This document shows, piece by piece, positions 20,079 through 31,132 of a stretch of 64,000 nucleotides of DNA; within the stretch, counting starts at the first letter, position 1; each line of letters starts with the position of its first letter. The notes under the pieces are model-generated. The model worked only from the letters and a program-made list of their open reading frames with translations, searched no databases and was not told the DNA's origin. The translations under genes were made by a program, and so were the position numbers. This DNA is from Escherichia coli (lineage in GTDB: Bacteria; Pseudomonadota; Gammaproteobacteria; Enterobacterales; Enterobacteriaceae): the NCBI RefSeq assembly GCF_046105845.1, contig NZ_CP151004.1; one strand, given 5' to 3'.

Positions 20079-21019
20079 CCGTGTTCTCCCACGCTTTTTT
20101 GCTGATGCTTGTGGAACCACATTATCGGCACAATTAGCAGCAGCAACATGATGATCGCTACCGCCGAGGCCACCGGCCAGTCGCGGTTATTGAAAAACTC
20201 CTGCCACAGCACGCGCCCGATCATGATGCTGTCCGGGCCACCGAGCAGTTCAGGGATCACAAACTCGCCCACCGCCGGGATAAACACCAGCATCGATCCG
20301 GCAATAATCCCGCCTTTGGTCAGCGGCACGATCACAGTAAAGAACGTTTTCAGCGGTCGTGCACCGAGATCCAGTGCAGCTTCCACCAGCGAATAATCAA
20401 TACGAATCAACGCGGTATAAATCGGCAGCACCATAAACGGCACGTAGGCGTAAACAATGCCAATATAAACTGCCAGATTGGTATGAAGAATGGTCAGCGG
20501 TTGATCGATAACCCCCAACCACAGCAGAAAGTTATTCAGCACGCCGTTATTTTTTAATATTCCCATCCAGGCATAAACGCGGATCAGAAACGAGGTCCAC
20601 GACGGCAGGATCACCAGTAGTAATAAGATATTACGGGTCGAGGGCTTACTGTGCGCCACCGCCCACGCCAGCGGATAGCCGATCAGTAAACAGCAAATAG
20701 TCGAAATCGCCGCCACCTGTAGCGACTGGAGATAAGCATCGAAATAGAGCGGATCGTCGGTCAGTTGCAGGAAATTACCGAGATTAAGAGTGATGGAAAG
20801 TTGCCCGTCAGCCCACTCCATCAGTTCGGTATAAGGTGGAATGGCGCGCGCCATCTCCGCCAGGCTTATTTTAAAAACGATCAGAAATGGCAGCAGAAAC
20901 AGCAGGATTAGCCAGATATAGGGCAGCGCAATCACCAGTTTGCGCCCATGCTTCATTTGCAACTGCGACAGCCACAGCTTAAAGGGTTTTGGCTGGGCAG
21001 CAGGTTCAAGTGTACTCAT
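20075..21019 (-). CDS. potH: Putrescine ABC transporter permease
   Basis: 314-aa permease overlapping potI start. Confidence 0.9.
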   Translation of the reverse strand: MSTLEPAAQPKPFKLWLSQLQMKHGRKLVIALPYIWLILLFLLPFLIVFKISLAEMARAIPPYTELMEWADGQLSITLNLGNFLQLTDDPLYFDAYLQSLQVAAISTICCLLIGYPLAWAVAHSKPSTRNILLLLVILPSWTSFLIRVYAWMGILKNNGVLNNFLLWLGVIDQPLTILHTNLAVYIGIVYAYVPFMVLPIYTALIRIDYSLVEAALDLGARPLKTFFTVIVPLTKGGIIAGSMLVFIPAVGEFVIPELLGGPDSIMIGRVLWQEFFNNRDWPVASAVAIIMLLLLIVPIMWFHKHQQKSVGEHG

Positions 21020-21028
21020 CTTTGCTCC

Positions 21029-22162
21029 TTAAACCGTCAGCACCACACAGCTGTCCACTTCCCAGCACAAACGCACTTCGTCGCCCCAGGTCGGTAACCC
21101 TTTACGATGACGATGGGCGTTTTGTAGCTGGGCGCTAATCATCTGCCCACTTTTCAGACGAACGTGATACACCGAAAGATCGCCGAGATAGGCAATGTGT
21201 ATCACCTCCCCCACCGCAAAATTGTAGCCGTCAGCAGGCGGTTGATCGCAAAGCATGATTTTTTCCGGGCGCAGCGCCACATGTACCGGCACGTTATCGA
21301 CCACCGAAGCATCCGCATCGACTTTCAGTGGATGCACCAGCCCCGGCGAATAAAGCACCAGACCATCTTCCTGACGCTCTTTGAGTACACCTTCAAAGAC
21401 ATTAACCGAGCCAATAAATTCGGCGCTGTAGCGGGTGGTCGGATGCTCATAGATCTCTTCCGGTTCGCCAATCTGGACAAATTTCCCACGATTCATAATG
21501 GCGATACGCCCCGCCATGGTCATCGCCTCTTCCTGATCGTGGGTGACCATCACACAAGTCACACCGACACGCTCCAGAATATCCACCACTTCAAGCTGCA
21601 TCCGGTCACGCAGCTTTTTATCCAGCGCGCCCATCGGCTCATCGAGCAGTAATAGTTTCGGGCGCTTGGCAAGGCTTCGGGCCAGTGCCACACGCTGTCG
21701 CTGACCGCCGGAAAGCTGATGCGGTTTGCGTTTGGCGAACTCCTGCATATGCACCAGGCCGAGCATCTCATTGACCCGGCTGGCAATTTCCGCTTTCGGC
21801 AATTTGTCCTGTTTCAGGCCAAAAGCGATATTCTGTTCCACGGTCATATGCGGAAACAGCGCGTAAGACTGAAACATCATATTGATGGGGCGCAGGTAAG
21901 GCGGAACCTGTGACAAATCGACGCCATCAAGCATTATCTGTCCGGCAGAAGGTTGTTCGAAACCTGCCAGCATACGCAGCAGCGTGGACTTGCCACAGCC
22001 GGATGCGCCCAGCAGCGCGAAGATTTCACCTTTGTAGATGGTCAGGCTGACATCATCCACTGCATGTTGACCATCGTAGGATTTGGTGAGGTTGCGGATT
22101 TCTAATAGCGGCGTCAGCGCCTTACGGGTTTTCGCCTGCGGGCGAGGGATAGCGTCATTCAC
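21029..22162 (-). CDS. potG: Putrescine ABC transporter ATP-binding protein
   Basis: Walker A GASGCGKST, LSGGQRQR signature. Confidence 0.93.
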   Translation of the reverse strand: MNDAIPRPQAKTRKALTPLLEIRNLTKSYDGQHAVDDVSLTIYKGEIFALLGASGCGKSTLLRMLAGFEQPSAGQIMLDGVDLSQVPPYLRPINMMFQSYALFPHMTVEQNIAFGLKQDKLPKAEIASRVNEMLGLVHMQEFAKRKPHQLSGGQRQRVALARSLAKRPKLLLLDEPMGALDKKLRDRMQLEVVDILERVGVTCVMVTHDQEEAMTMAGRIAIMNRGKFVQIGEPEEIYEHPTTRYSAEFIGSVNVFEGVLKERQEDGLVLYSPGLVHPLKVDADASVVDNVPVHVALRPEKIMLCDQPPADGYNFAVGEVIHIAYLGDLSVYHVRLKSGQMISAQLQNAHRHRKGLPTWGDEVRLCWEVDSCVVLTV

Positions 22163-22294
22163 GGCTGCTCTCCGGCATTGAATGTGTGCAAGCGCACCAT
22201 AATGGTGCGAATTGCCGGCGGGTGTGGTGCGCCCGTCCGGCAGATTAATTTGTCGCAGAACGTCTATTGCTGGCTATCTGTAGGCTGGAACCAT

Positions 22295-22342
22295 CCCCTC
22301 GCCCCTTTGGGGAGAGGGTTAGGGTGAGGGGAAGCCCCGTCA
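22295..22342. repeat. GC-rich palindromic extragenic repeat in potF-potG intergenic region
   Basis: cccctcgcccctttggggagaggg near-perfect palindrome followed by ttagggtgaggggaagcccc; resembles a repeated intergenic element family of E. coli. Confidence 0.5.
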
Positions 22343-22366
22343 TACCTGTTCAGCAATCTGAACTGA

Positions 22367-23479
22367 TTATTTTCCGCTCTTCACTTTGGTCCACGCGCGG
22401 GTGCGCACACGGTCGATTTTCGGATCCTGTACTTTCAGAGTGAACAGCTTCGCACGAACATCCGCAGGCGGGTAAATACCCGGGTTATCACGGACTTCCG
22501 CACTCACCAGCGGCGTAGCTTCTTTGTTAGCATTGGCATAGAACACATGGTCGGAAATATGCGCCACCACATCCGGGCGCAGCAGGTAATTCAGGAATTG
22601 ATAGGCTTCGTCTTTATTTTTGGCATCCGCAGGCATGGCGAAGACATCAAAGAACGCCATCGCCCCTTCTTTCGGAATCGAGAACGAGACATTAACGCCA
22701 TTCTTCGCTTCCTTCGCGCGGTTTGACGCCTGCCAGACATCGCCCGCCCAGCCAATAGCGACGCAGATATCGCCGTTTGCCAGGTCGTTAATGTATTGCG
22801 ATGAATGGAAATAACGAATGTTCGGGCGCAGCTTTAACAGCAGATCGGTTGCCGGTCCGGTGTAATCATCTGCTTTAGTGCTGTTGGGATCTTTACCGAG
22901 ATAATTCAGCACGGTAGCAAACACTTCTTCCGGTGCATCAAGGAAAGAGACGCCGCAGCTTTTCAGTTTTTCCAGATTTTCAGGTTTGAGGATCAAGTCC
23001 CAGCTATCGACGGGCACGTTTTCGCCCAGCACCGCTTTAACTTTATCGACGTTATAGCCAATCCCGGTTGTCGCCCACATATAGGGCATAGCAAATTTAT
23101 TATCCGGGTCGTGTTTGGCAACCAACTTCAGCAGTTCCGGGTCGAGATTCTTCCACTCCGGCAATTTGCTTTTATCCAGCGGCTGGAAAACTCCCGCAGT
23201 CAACTGGCGTTCAAGAAAGCTTGCTGACGGCACCACCAGGTCAAAGCCGGTGCTACCCGCCATTAATTTGCCTTCCAGTACTTCGTTAGAGTCGAAAACA
23301 TCGTAGACGACTTTAATACCGGTTTCTTTTTCAAAATTGGCCACCGTGTCCGGGGCGATATAATCAGACCAATTATAAATGTGGAGTGTTTTTTGTTCAG
23401 CCGCGAGCGTACCGACAGAGACGGCCATCAGAGCACCCGCAACCAGACCCGATAGCCATTTTTTATTTAAGGCGGTCAT
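22367..23479 (-). CDS. potF: Putrescine-binding periplasmic protein
   Basis: Start trimmed to MTALNKKWLSGLVAGALMAVS signal peptide (ORF track extends 50 codons upstream). Confidence 0.92.
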   Translation of the reverse strand: MTALNKKWLSGLVAGALMAVSVGTLAAEQKTLHIYNWSDYIAPDTVANFEKETGIKVVYDVFDSNEVLEGKLMAGSTGFDLVVPSASFLERQLTAGVFQPLDKSKLPEWKNLDPELLKLVAKHDPDNKFAMPYMWATTGIGYNVDKVKAVLGENVPVDSWDLILKPENLEKLKSCGVSFLDAPEEVFATVLNYLGKDPNSTKADDYTGPATDLLLKLRPNIRYFHSSQYINDLANGDICVAIGWAGDVWQASNRAKEAKNGVNVSFSIPKEGAMAFFDVFAMPADAKNKDEAYQFLNYLLRPDVVAHISDHVFYANANKEATPLVSAEVRDNPGIYPPADVRAKLFTLKVQDPKIDRVRTRAWTKVKSGK

Positions 23480-23829
23480 ATCTCTTTCCTTCTGAAAGTT
23501 CGTTAACAAACGAACAAAAGTTGTCACACTGAAAGATATGCAATAAACGTGCATATTTTTTATCGGCGCGGTGTAAGAAAAGAGAACTCTCTCCCGGCCA
23601 GCACTGCTCGCTATATAAAAGCATCGCAAGAATAACTTTAGCCAGGGTTTGAGACTATAGCTCGGATTAAAAAACGGTATTTAACAAATTTTTATGCGTA
23701 TTTGCTCTATGTGATAAAGCCAAATCGGCACAAGAGAAGTGAAATAATCTTTAAGAAAAGGTTAAAAACAGCAGATAATTTTGCAGCACGCAGTCACTGC
23801 GGCAGCGACTGCGTACTCGAAAGGAGTTA

Positions 23830-24306
23830 TCAGTGGAGGAAATAGTTTTCGGTAACGTTGTTTTGCCCTTCATCGTCAGTCGGTAACAGCAGTTGATGGG
23901 CATTAGCTTCAAGAATGACCATCGAAATCTGCTCTTCGCTCTGACGCACGAACCATGCAAACTGCTCATAGGTTACGCCCTGCATAACGGATAAAGACTG
24001 GCAAACCACCAGCTTTGGCAGATTATCATCCTGCATATCAAGAAATGCTTTCACGGTCAGCGAACTGGCATTGATGGCTGATAAATCCGCCGCCAGCGGC
24101 AATACGGCTGAAGGTCGGACTTCCGCCATGGCAGAAAACAGGATCGTGTTATCGATCAGATCGATTTTGGCATCAAAGACACCGTCGAAATTCTGCATAT
24201 GGGGCAGATGCAGAGCCTGACAGTTATCACATTCAAAAAAACTCATCCCCAGGTCATCGAGCCATTGACGCAACGTATCCAGACCAGGAACGACCAGCGA
24301 TGTCAT
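23830..24306 (-). CDS. ybjN: Putative sensory transduction regulator YbjN
   Basis: Start trimmed to MTSLVVPGLDTL; downstream of rimK. Confidence 0.8.
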   Translation of the reverse strand: MTSLVVPGLDTLRQWLDDLGMSFFECDNCQALHLPHMQNFDGVFDAKIDLIDNTILFSAMAEVRPSAVLPLAADLSAINASSLTVKAFLDMQDDNLPKLVVCQSLSVMQGVTYEQFAWFVRQSEEQISMVILEANAHQLLLPTDDEGQNNVTENYFLH

Positions 24307-24393
24307 AATTTTGTACAACCTCTTTCGATAAAAAGACCGGCACAGCTTACGCAAAAAGCGCAGGCAAAACCATGATCAGTAATGTGATTGCGA

Positions 24394-25296
24394 CTAACCA
24401 CCCGTTTTCAGGCAATATTCGGTCGTAGCGTGGCGTTCGATCCAGCGGATCATTTTACCCGCGATGTCGATACCGGTGGTTTTTTCTATTCCTTCCAGCC
24501 CCGGCGACGCATTCACCTCCATCACCAATGGCCCGCGATTAGCACGCAGAATATCCACACCAGCAACGTCCAGCGCCATCGTTCGCGCGGCTTTTATCGC
24601 GATTTCACGCTCCTGTGGTGTGATACTGGCGACGCTTGCCGCGCCGCCACGATGCAAATTGGAACGAAAATCGCCCTCTTTCGCCCGCCGTTCAATCGCC
24701 GCGACCACTTCATCCCCAACAACCAGGCAGCGGATATCGCACCCTTGCGCCTCTTTGATATATTCCTGCACCAGAATATGCGCGTTCAGACCGCGAAAGG
24801 CGTCAATCACGCTTTCCGCCGCCTGACGCGTCTCCGCCAGCACGACACCAATTCCCTGCGTACCTTCAACCAGCTTAACCACCAGCGGCGCACCACCGAC
24901 CATGTCGATTAAATCGCTGGTATCATCCGGCGAATGCGCAATGCCCGTGACAGGCAGGTCGATGCCCTGACGCGCCAGCAGTTGCATGGAACGCAATTTG
25001 TCACGCGCCCGGGCAATGGCGACCGACTCATTGAGCGGATAGCTCCCCAGCATCTCGAACTGGCGCAGTGCCGCCGTCCCATAAAAGGTAATGGCGGTGC
25101 CAATACGCGGGATCACAGCGTCAAAATGGGGTAACTTGCGGCCTTTGTAGTGAATAGAAGACGCCGCAGGATTTATGTTCATGTAGCAAGAAAGCGGATC
25201 AAGAATTTCAACCAGGTGACCGCGCTGTATAGCGGCTTCACGCAGCCGCTTACACGAATAGAGCGTTCCATCCCGGGACAATATGGCAATTTTCAC
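24394..25296 (-). CDS. rimK: Ribosomal protein S6 glutamate ligase (ATP-grasp)
   Basis: 300-aa ATP-grasp ORF; recognised RimK sequence. Confidence 0.92.
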   Translation of the reverse strand: MKIAILSRDGTLYSCKRLREAAIQRGHLVEILDPLSCYMNINPAASSIHYKGRKLPHFDAVIPRIGTAITFYGTAALRQFEMLGSYPLNESVAIARARDKLRSMQLLARQGIDLPVTGIAHSPDDTSDLIDMVGGAPLVVKLVEGTQGIGVVLAETRQAAESVIDAFRGLNAHILVQEYIKEAQGCDIRCLVVGDEVVAAIERRAKEGDFRSNLHRGGAASVASITPQEREIAIKAARTMALDVAGVDILRANRGPLVMEVNASPGLEGIEKTTGIDIAGKMIRWIERHATTEYCLKTGG

Positions 25297-25356
25297 CCTG
25301 CACCTCTCTGTCAGACCTGGTCAAAAGCCCGCGTATCATACATCGGCGTGGCGGTT

Positions 25357-26079
25357 TTAGCGCGTCGCCCAACCCTGTTTGTGCAAATAATCCAGTATAA
25401 ATGGGCGGCTTTCTTTAATGATTGTTCGGCGGATATGATCGCTCCAGGTATCCCGGCGATTATTGCTGCCACGTGTGAGGTAATATTCCGCCAGTTGTTC
25501 GTCATACTGCGCCAGTGCGTCTTTATCCAGCGGTTGATAGTTGTTTTCATGCACCAAAATGGAGGCCGGTAAACGCGGCTTAAGATCCGGATTATCCGCA
25601 GGCCAGCCAAGGCACAGCCCAAACAGCGGCAGAACATGCTGCGGTAATTTCAGCAGTTCCGTCACCGCTTCAATATTATTGCGCAGGCCGCCGATATATA
25701 CCCCGCCCAATCCCAGCGATTCCGCTGCGGTTAACGCATTCTGCGCCATCATTGCTGTATCAACGACACCGAGCAACAGTTGCTCCGCCAGGCCAAGTTG
25801 TGCATCCGGACAGATCTGTAAATGGCGGTTAAAGTCGGCACAGAACACCCAGAACTCCGCCGCTTGCGCTACGTGTTTTTGCCCGCCGGTCAGCGTCACC
25901 AGTTCATCACGTAACGCTTTGTCGGTAATGCGAATAATGCTACTGCACTGCAAAAAACTGGAACTGGACGTCGCACGGGCGCTGTTAATAATCGCCTCAC
26001 GCTGCGCTTCGGAAATGGGTTCATCAGTGAAATGGCGAATGGAGCGATGGCCACAAATAAGTTCAATGGTTGGCGTCAT
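25357..26079 (-). CDS. nfsA: Oxygen-insensitive NADPH nitroreductase
   Basis: 240-aa nitroreductase family ORF. Confidence 0.92.
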   Translation of the reverse strand: MTPTIELICGHRSIRHFTDEPISEAQREAIINSARATSSSSFLQCSSIIRITDKALRDELVTLTGGQKHVAQAAEFWVFCADFNRHLQICPDAQLGLAEQLLLGVVDTAMMAQNALTAAESLGLGGVYIGGLRNNIEAVTELLKLPQHVLPLFGLCLGWPADNPDLKPRLPASILVHENNYQPLDKDALAQYDEQLAEYYLTRGSNNRRDTWSDHIRRTIIKESRPFILDYLHKQGWATR

Positions 26080-26350
26080 TATCTTTTTCTCTTTCTGAAC
26101 GTGAATATTGCGGTGGACGGTTCATCAGCTGTGGGGCAAGACGTTTTGCCACCTGAAGAATAACCACCACCGCAGCGGGAAGCATGAGCAAAACACCGAG
26201 AAAAATCATCAGAATCTGCACTTCTGGCCGAGAAAATGGCTCAGGCAGCGACAGGGAGCCGCTTACCGACAGCAGCGCCACCGCCAGCAACATCATTCCG
26301 ATAAATTCCAGTATCAACACGCTTGTAGGCAATTTACCGATCGCGCGCAT
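26063..26350 (-). CDS. ybjC: Small membrane protein YbjC
   Basis: 95 aa, overlaps nfsA start; first gene of the ybjC-nfsA-rimK-ybjN transcription unit. Confidence 0.8.
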   Translation of the reverse strand: MRAIGKLPTSVLILEFIGMMLLAVALLSVSGSLSLPEPFSRPEVQILMIFLGVLLMLPAAVVVILQVAKRLAPQLMNRPPQYSRSEREKDNDANH

Positions 26351-26509
26351 ACGCTTCCCTCTGCAAAGTGAGCCTTCAGTCTAAAACTTTTCACTGTATT
26401 GTGTTTAACAGTTATAGCTTTTAGCAATTAATGCAACAGGTTAAACCTACTTTCAGCGAATACATTTTAGCGTGATCATTACAGGCATAAATCTATGAGG
26501 AGAGAAATA

Positions 26510-26767
26510 ATGCAAACCGTTATTTTTGGTCGTCCGGGTTGCCCTTACTGTGTGCGTGCAAAAGATCTGGCTGAGAAATTGAGCAATGAACGCGATAATT
26601 TTCAGTATCAGTATGTTGATATTCGTGCGGAAGGGATCACTAAAGAAGATCTACAACAAAAGGCAGGTAAACCCGTAGAAACCGTGCCGCAGATTTTTGT
26701 CGATCAGCAACATATCGGCGGCTATACCGATTTTGCTGCATGGGTGAAAGAGAATCTGGACGCCTGA
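26510..26767 (+). CDS. grxA: Glutaredoxin 1
   Basis: CPYC active site; start trimmed to MQTVIFGRPGCPYC. Confidence 0.93.
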   Translation: MQTVIFGRPGCPYCVRAKDLAEKLSNERDNFQYQYVDIRAEGITKEDLQQKAGKPVETVPQIFVDQQHIGGYTDFAAWVKENLDA

Positions 26768-26777
26768 TCGTCTGACA

Positions 26778-26806
26778 AGCCCTCGCGTTGAGGGCTTTAT
26801 TGATTT
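26778..26806. terminator. Bidirectional terminator between grxA and ybjM
   Basis: gccctcgcgttgagggc hairpin followed by T-rich tract. Confidence 0.75.
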
Positions 26807-27174
26807 TTTCTGTGCTGTGGTTTAAACAAACTACTGATAAATAAGAAACACAGTGCCCCCAGCGCACACCAGAACACCGCACTCAATAACCATGCCAGCT
26901 CTTGCCAGAATGAGCGCGTCGGTGAAAAAAACAGCCGCATAATAAGCATTGAACAGGGTGCCGCCAGCATTGCGCCAAACAGAGGTTTCAGGACTTCTCT
27001 ACGCTGTGAAAAGAAGCTGGCAACTGCTCCAGGAAGAATGAAAAACAGCAAGCCGATTTCAGGATGCCCGGCAGCCCGAAAAGCGCCTTTCATGTGCGTC
27101 GCCAGAAAAAGGCACACCACAATGAAGAGGACAAAACAGCAGATTGCCCCCGCCCAACGTTGTTTATGTTTCAC
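26797..27174 (-). CDS. ybjM: Inner-membrane protein YbjM
   Basis: 125-aa hydrophobic ORF. Confidence 0.8.
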   Translation of the reverse strand: MKHKQRWAGAICCFVLFIVVCLFLATHMKGAFRAAGHPEIGLLFFILPGAVASFFSQRREVLKPLFGAMLAAPCSMLIMRLFFSPTRSFWQELAWLLSAVFWCALGALCFLFISSLFKPQHRKNQ

Positions 27175-27443
27175 TCGTTCCTCCTGACACTGCGTCTATC
27201 GAACACATTTTTCGCCAGTGTGGCGTTCAGTAAGATAAAGCCGCTTCGCATTCCATGCTAATATAGGCCAACGCAATTCATATAGCCGTTGATACCTAAT
27301 GTGATTACACTAGTAAAATATATTGTTACTTTACTATCGTTTAGGTGCGCTGAATGAATCTGCGCCCTGAATTCTGGTAAAAAACATTATCGTAAATTAC
27401 CATTTCTTTCAACAGCTTACTAGTAAACAAGAAGTTAGCCTCC

Positions 27444-29129
27444 GTGAATATAAACGTCGCCGAATTGTTAAATGGGAATTACATTCTGTTATTATTTGTG
27501 GTCCTCGCGCTTGGGCTATGTCTCGGAAAGTTACGACTTGGTTCGATCCAACTGGGTAATTCCATTGGCGTTTTAGTCGTATCGCTGTTATTAGGCCAAC
27601 AACATTTCAGCATTAACACCGACGCGCTTAATCTTGGCTTTATGCTGTTTATTTTCTGCGTCGGGGTCGAAGCCGGACCGAACTTTTTTTCCATTTTTTT
27701 TCGCGATGGGAAAAATTATCTAATGTTAGCACTGGTGATGGTTGGCAGTGCGCTGGTCATCGCCTTAGGGTTAGGTAAGCTGTTTGGCTGGGATATTGGC
27801 CTGACGGCCGGTATGTTAGCAGGATCTATGACGTCAACACCGGTTCTGGTCGGTGCTGGCGATACACTGCGTCATTCCGGCATGGAAAGCAGGCAGCTCT
27901 CACTGGCACTGGATAATCTGAGCCTCGGGTATGCCTTAACCTATTTAATCGGTCTGGTGAGTTTGATTGTTGGTGCGCGTTACTTGCCGAAATTGCAGCA
28001 TCAGGACTTACAGACCAGCGCCCAGCAAATCGCCCGCGAACGTGGCCTGGACACAGATGCCAACCGTAAGGTTTATTTGCCGGTGATCCGCGCCTACCGC
28101 GTCGGCCCGGAGCTGGTAGCCTGGACCGACGGCAAAAATCTGCGTGAACTGGGTATTTATCGACAAACCGGCTGCTACATTGAACGTATTCGACGTAACG
28201 GGATTCTGGCAAATCCAGACGGTGATGCCGTGCTACAAATGGGCGATGAAATAGCGTTGGTAGGCTACCCCGACGCCCACGCCCGACTCGATCCCAGCTT
28301 CCGTAACGGCAAAGAAGTTTTCGATCGTGACCTTCTCGACATGCGTATCGTCACTGAAGAAGTGGTCGTTAAAAACCATAACGCTGTTGGCAAACGCCTG
28401 GCACAACTGAAGTTGACCGATCACGGTTGCTTCCTTAACCGCGTCATTCGTAGCCAGATTGAGATGCCGATAGATGACAACGTCGTGCTTAACAAAGGTG
28501 ACGTTTTACAAGTCAGCGGCGATGCCCGTCGCGTAAAAACCATCGCCGATCGCATCGGCTTTATCTCGATTCACAGCCAGGTCACTGACCTGCTGGCATT
28601 CTGCGCCTTCTTTGTTATTGGGCTGATGATCGGGATGATCACCTTCCAGTTCAGCACATTCAGTTTCGGCATGGGGAACGCTGCCGGGTTGTTATTCGCC
28701 GGAATTATGCTGGGCTTTATGCGCGCTAACCACCCGACCTTCGGTTACATTCCGCAGGGTGCATTAAGCATGGTGAAAGAGTTCGGCTTAATGGTGTTTA
28801 TGGCAGGCGTTGGTCTAAGCGCCGGTAGCGGTATTAATAACGGCCTGGGCGCGATTGGCGGTCAGATGTTGATTGCCGGATTGATTGTCAGTCTTGTGCC
28901 AGTGGTTATCTGTTTCTTGTTCGGTGCTTATGTATTGCGAATGAACCGCGCACTGTTGTTCGGCGCAATGATGGGCGCACGCACCTGCGCGCCGGCAATG
29001 GAGATCATCAGTGATACAGCTCGCAGTAATATCCCGGCGCTGGGCTATGCGGGCACCTACGCAATCGCCAACGTCCTGCTGACGCTGGCAGGGACAATCA
29101 TCGTCATGGTATGGCCAGGATTAGGATAA
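27444..29129 (+). CDS. ybjL: Putative transporter YbjL (AAE family, two TrkA-C domains)
   Basis: 561-aa membrane protein with central soluble region. Confidence 0.88.
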
Positions 29130-29172
29130 AACTGAAGTTGCCCTGAAAATGAAATTTTTTTGCACAACCGCA

Positions 29173-29200
29173 GAACTTTTCCGCAGGGCATCAGTCTTAA
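29173..29200 (+). promoter_or_regulatory. Putative sigma-E promoter of rybB
   Basis: GAACTT (-35-like) about 16 nt upstream of tcttaa (-10-like), ending just before the rybB 5' end; RybB is a known sigma-E regulon member. Confidence 0.55.
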
Positions 29201-29205
29201 TTAGT

Positions 29206-29284
29206 GCCACTGCTTTTCTTTGATGTCCCCATTTTGTGGAGCCCATCAACCCCGCCATTTCGGTTCAAGGTTGGTGGGTTTTTT
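29206..29284 (+). ncRNA. rybB: RybB small regulatory RNA (Hfq-dependent, represses omp mRNAs)
   Basis: Sequence gccactgcttttctttgatgtcccc...ggttggtgggtttttt matches RybB as I recall it, with terminal hairpin plus U-tract; lies in the ybjL-rcdA intergenic region as expected. Confidence 0.85.
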
Positions 29285-29303
29285 GTTATCTAAAACTTAT
29301 CTA

Positions 29304-29840
29304 CTACCCTGCAACCCTCTCAACCATCCTCAAAATCTCCTCGCGCGATAGCGGCTTACGGTCGGTGACAAAATGCAGCGTCATCCCCTCAATAAACGCA
29401 TCAAGCGCGCGGGCGGTTCCGGGTTCAAACCATTGTTCGAGCGTTTGCTGACTGCGCTGCATCCAGTTTTGCATTACCGTTTTTAATAGCGGTTTTCGGC
29501 TAGCCAGCGCGTAGAGCTGGTACATCAGCTCCATGTTATCCGGCGTTGCAACCTGTGAGCTGTATATCATATCGGTGATAGCCTGGCATGCGCCCGTAGC
29601 ATCACTAACATCGCTAAAAAATGCCTGATATTGCCGGGACATGATCTCAGTAAAACTGCTGAACGCCTCAAGCAACAACTCATCAATTCCTGAAAAATAG
29701 TAGGTCATCGACCCCAACGGTACCCCGGCAAGGGTAGCAATTTTGCGGTGCGTAACAGCATGTATTCCATAAAGTTTCACCGCCTCCAGCGTGGCCTGGA
29801 TAATTTTTTCTCGCCGTTGCGGATCGTTAGCGCGACGCAT
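29304..29840 (-). CDS. rcdA: TetR-family transcriptional regulator RcdA (YbjK)
   Basis: N-terminal TetR HTH; start trimmed to [12 protein letters not shown]. Confidence 0.85.
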   Translation of the reverse strand: MRRANDPQRREKIIQATLEAVKLYGIHAVTHRKIATLAGVPLGSMTYYFSGIDELLLEAFSSFTEIMSRQYQAFFSDVSDATGACQAITDMIYSSQVATPDNMELMYQLYALASRKPLLKTVMQNWMQRSQQTLEQWFEPGTARALDAFIEGMTLHFVTDRKPLSREEILRMVERVAG

Positions 29841-29923
29841 GTCATTTCCTCTCTCTGCAATTGTGTACAAATGTACACAACCTTGCTAATGTTGTCTTCC
29901 CTCTTCTTATTTTGACGTGATCT

Positions 29924-31132
29924 ATGACCGTAAATTCTTCACGTAATGCATTGAAACGCCGAACCTGGGCGCTGTTTATGTTCTTCTTTTTGCCGGGCCT
30001 GTTAATGGCGTCCTGGGCAACCCGTACGCCTGCTATCCGCGATATTCTTTCTGTTTCGATCGCTGAAATGGGCGGTGTTCTCTTTGGTCTGTCGATCGGT
30101 TCGATGAGCGGTATTCTCTGCTCGGCGTGGTTAGTGAAACGCTTTGGGACACGTAATGTCATCCTGGTCACGATGTCCTGCGCATTGATCGGGATGATGA
30201 TATTAAGTCTGGCACTCTGGCTGACATCGCCCCTGCTCTTTGCCGTTGGTCTCGGCGTCTTTGGGGCAAGTTTTGGTTCTGCGGAAGTGGCGATAAACGT
30301 TGAAGGTGCTGCCGTTGAGCGAGAAATGAATAAGACGGTTTTGCCGATGATGCACGGTTTTTATAGCCTGGGCACGCTGGCAGGCGCTGGTGTCGGGATG
30401 GCACTGACGGCCTTTGGCGTTCCGGCAACAGTGCACATTTTATTGGCGGCGCTGGTAGGCATCGCGCCTATTTATATCGCCATTCAGGCAATCCCTGACG
30501 GTACGGGCAAAAATGCTGCCGATGGCACCCAGCATGGTGAAAAAGGCGTACCTTTTTATCGGGATATCCAGTTGCTGCTGATTGGTGTTGTGGTGCTGGC
30601 GATGGCCTTTGCCGAAGGTTCTGCCAACGACTGGTTACCCTTATTAATGGTTGACGGTCACGGTTTTAGCCCTACTTCCGGCTCGCTGATTTATGCCGGT
30701 TTTACCCTGGGGATGACTGTTGGACGCTTTACCGGCGGTTGGTTCATCGACCGTTACAGTCGCGTTGCCGTGGTTCGGGCCAGTGCACTAATGGGAGCGT
30801 TGGGTATTGGGCTGATTATTTTTGTCGATAGCGCCTGGGTCGCTGGGGTGTCTGTTGTACTTTGGGGACTGGGTGCCTCGCTGGGCTTCCCACTGACCAT
30901 TTCTGCCGCCAGCGATACCGGCCCCGATGCACCGACCCGCGTCAGCGTGGTAGCAACGACCGGTTATCTGGCTTTCCTCGTCGGGCCGCCGCTGCTGGGC
31001 TATCTCGGCGAACATTATGGATTACGTAGTGCAATGCTGGTTGTACTGGCGCTGGTTATTCTCGCGGCTATTGTCGCGAAAGCCGTCGCCAAACCCGATA
31101 CCAAAACGCAGACGGCGATGGAGAATAGTTGA
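29924..31132 (+). CDS. ybjJ: MFS transporter YbjJ
   Basis: 402-aa 12-TM type ORF. Confidence 0.85.

Noticed and set aside
21164-21652. 162-aa plus-strand ORF inside potG
   Set aside because: Antisense shadow ORF.
23480-23629. N-terminal 50-codon extension of potF in the ORF track (and similar extensions for artP, artJ, gsiB, fsaA, ybjS)
   Set aside because: The recognisable signal peptides or conserved N-termini begin at internal methionines; the extensions run through intergenic/promoter sequence.
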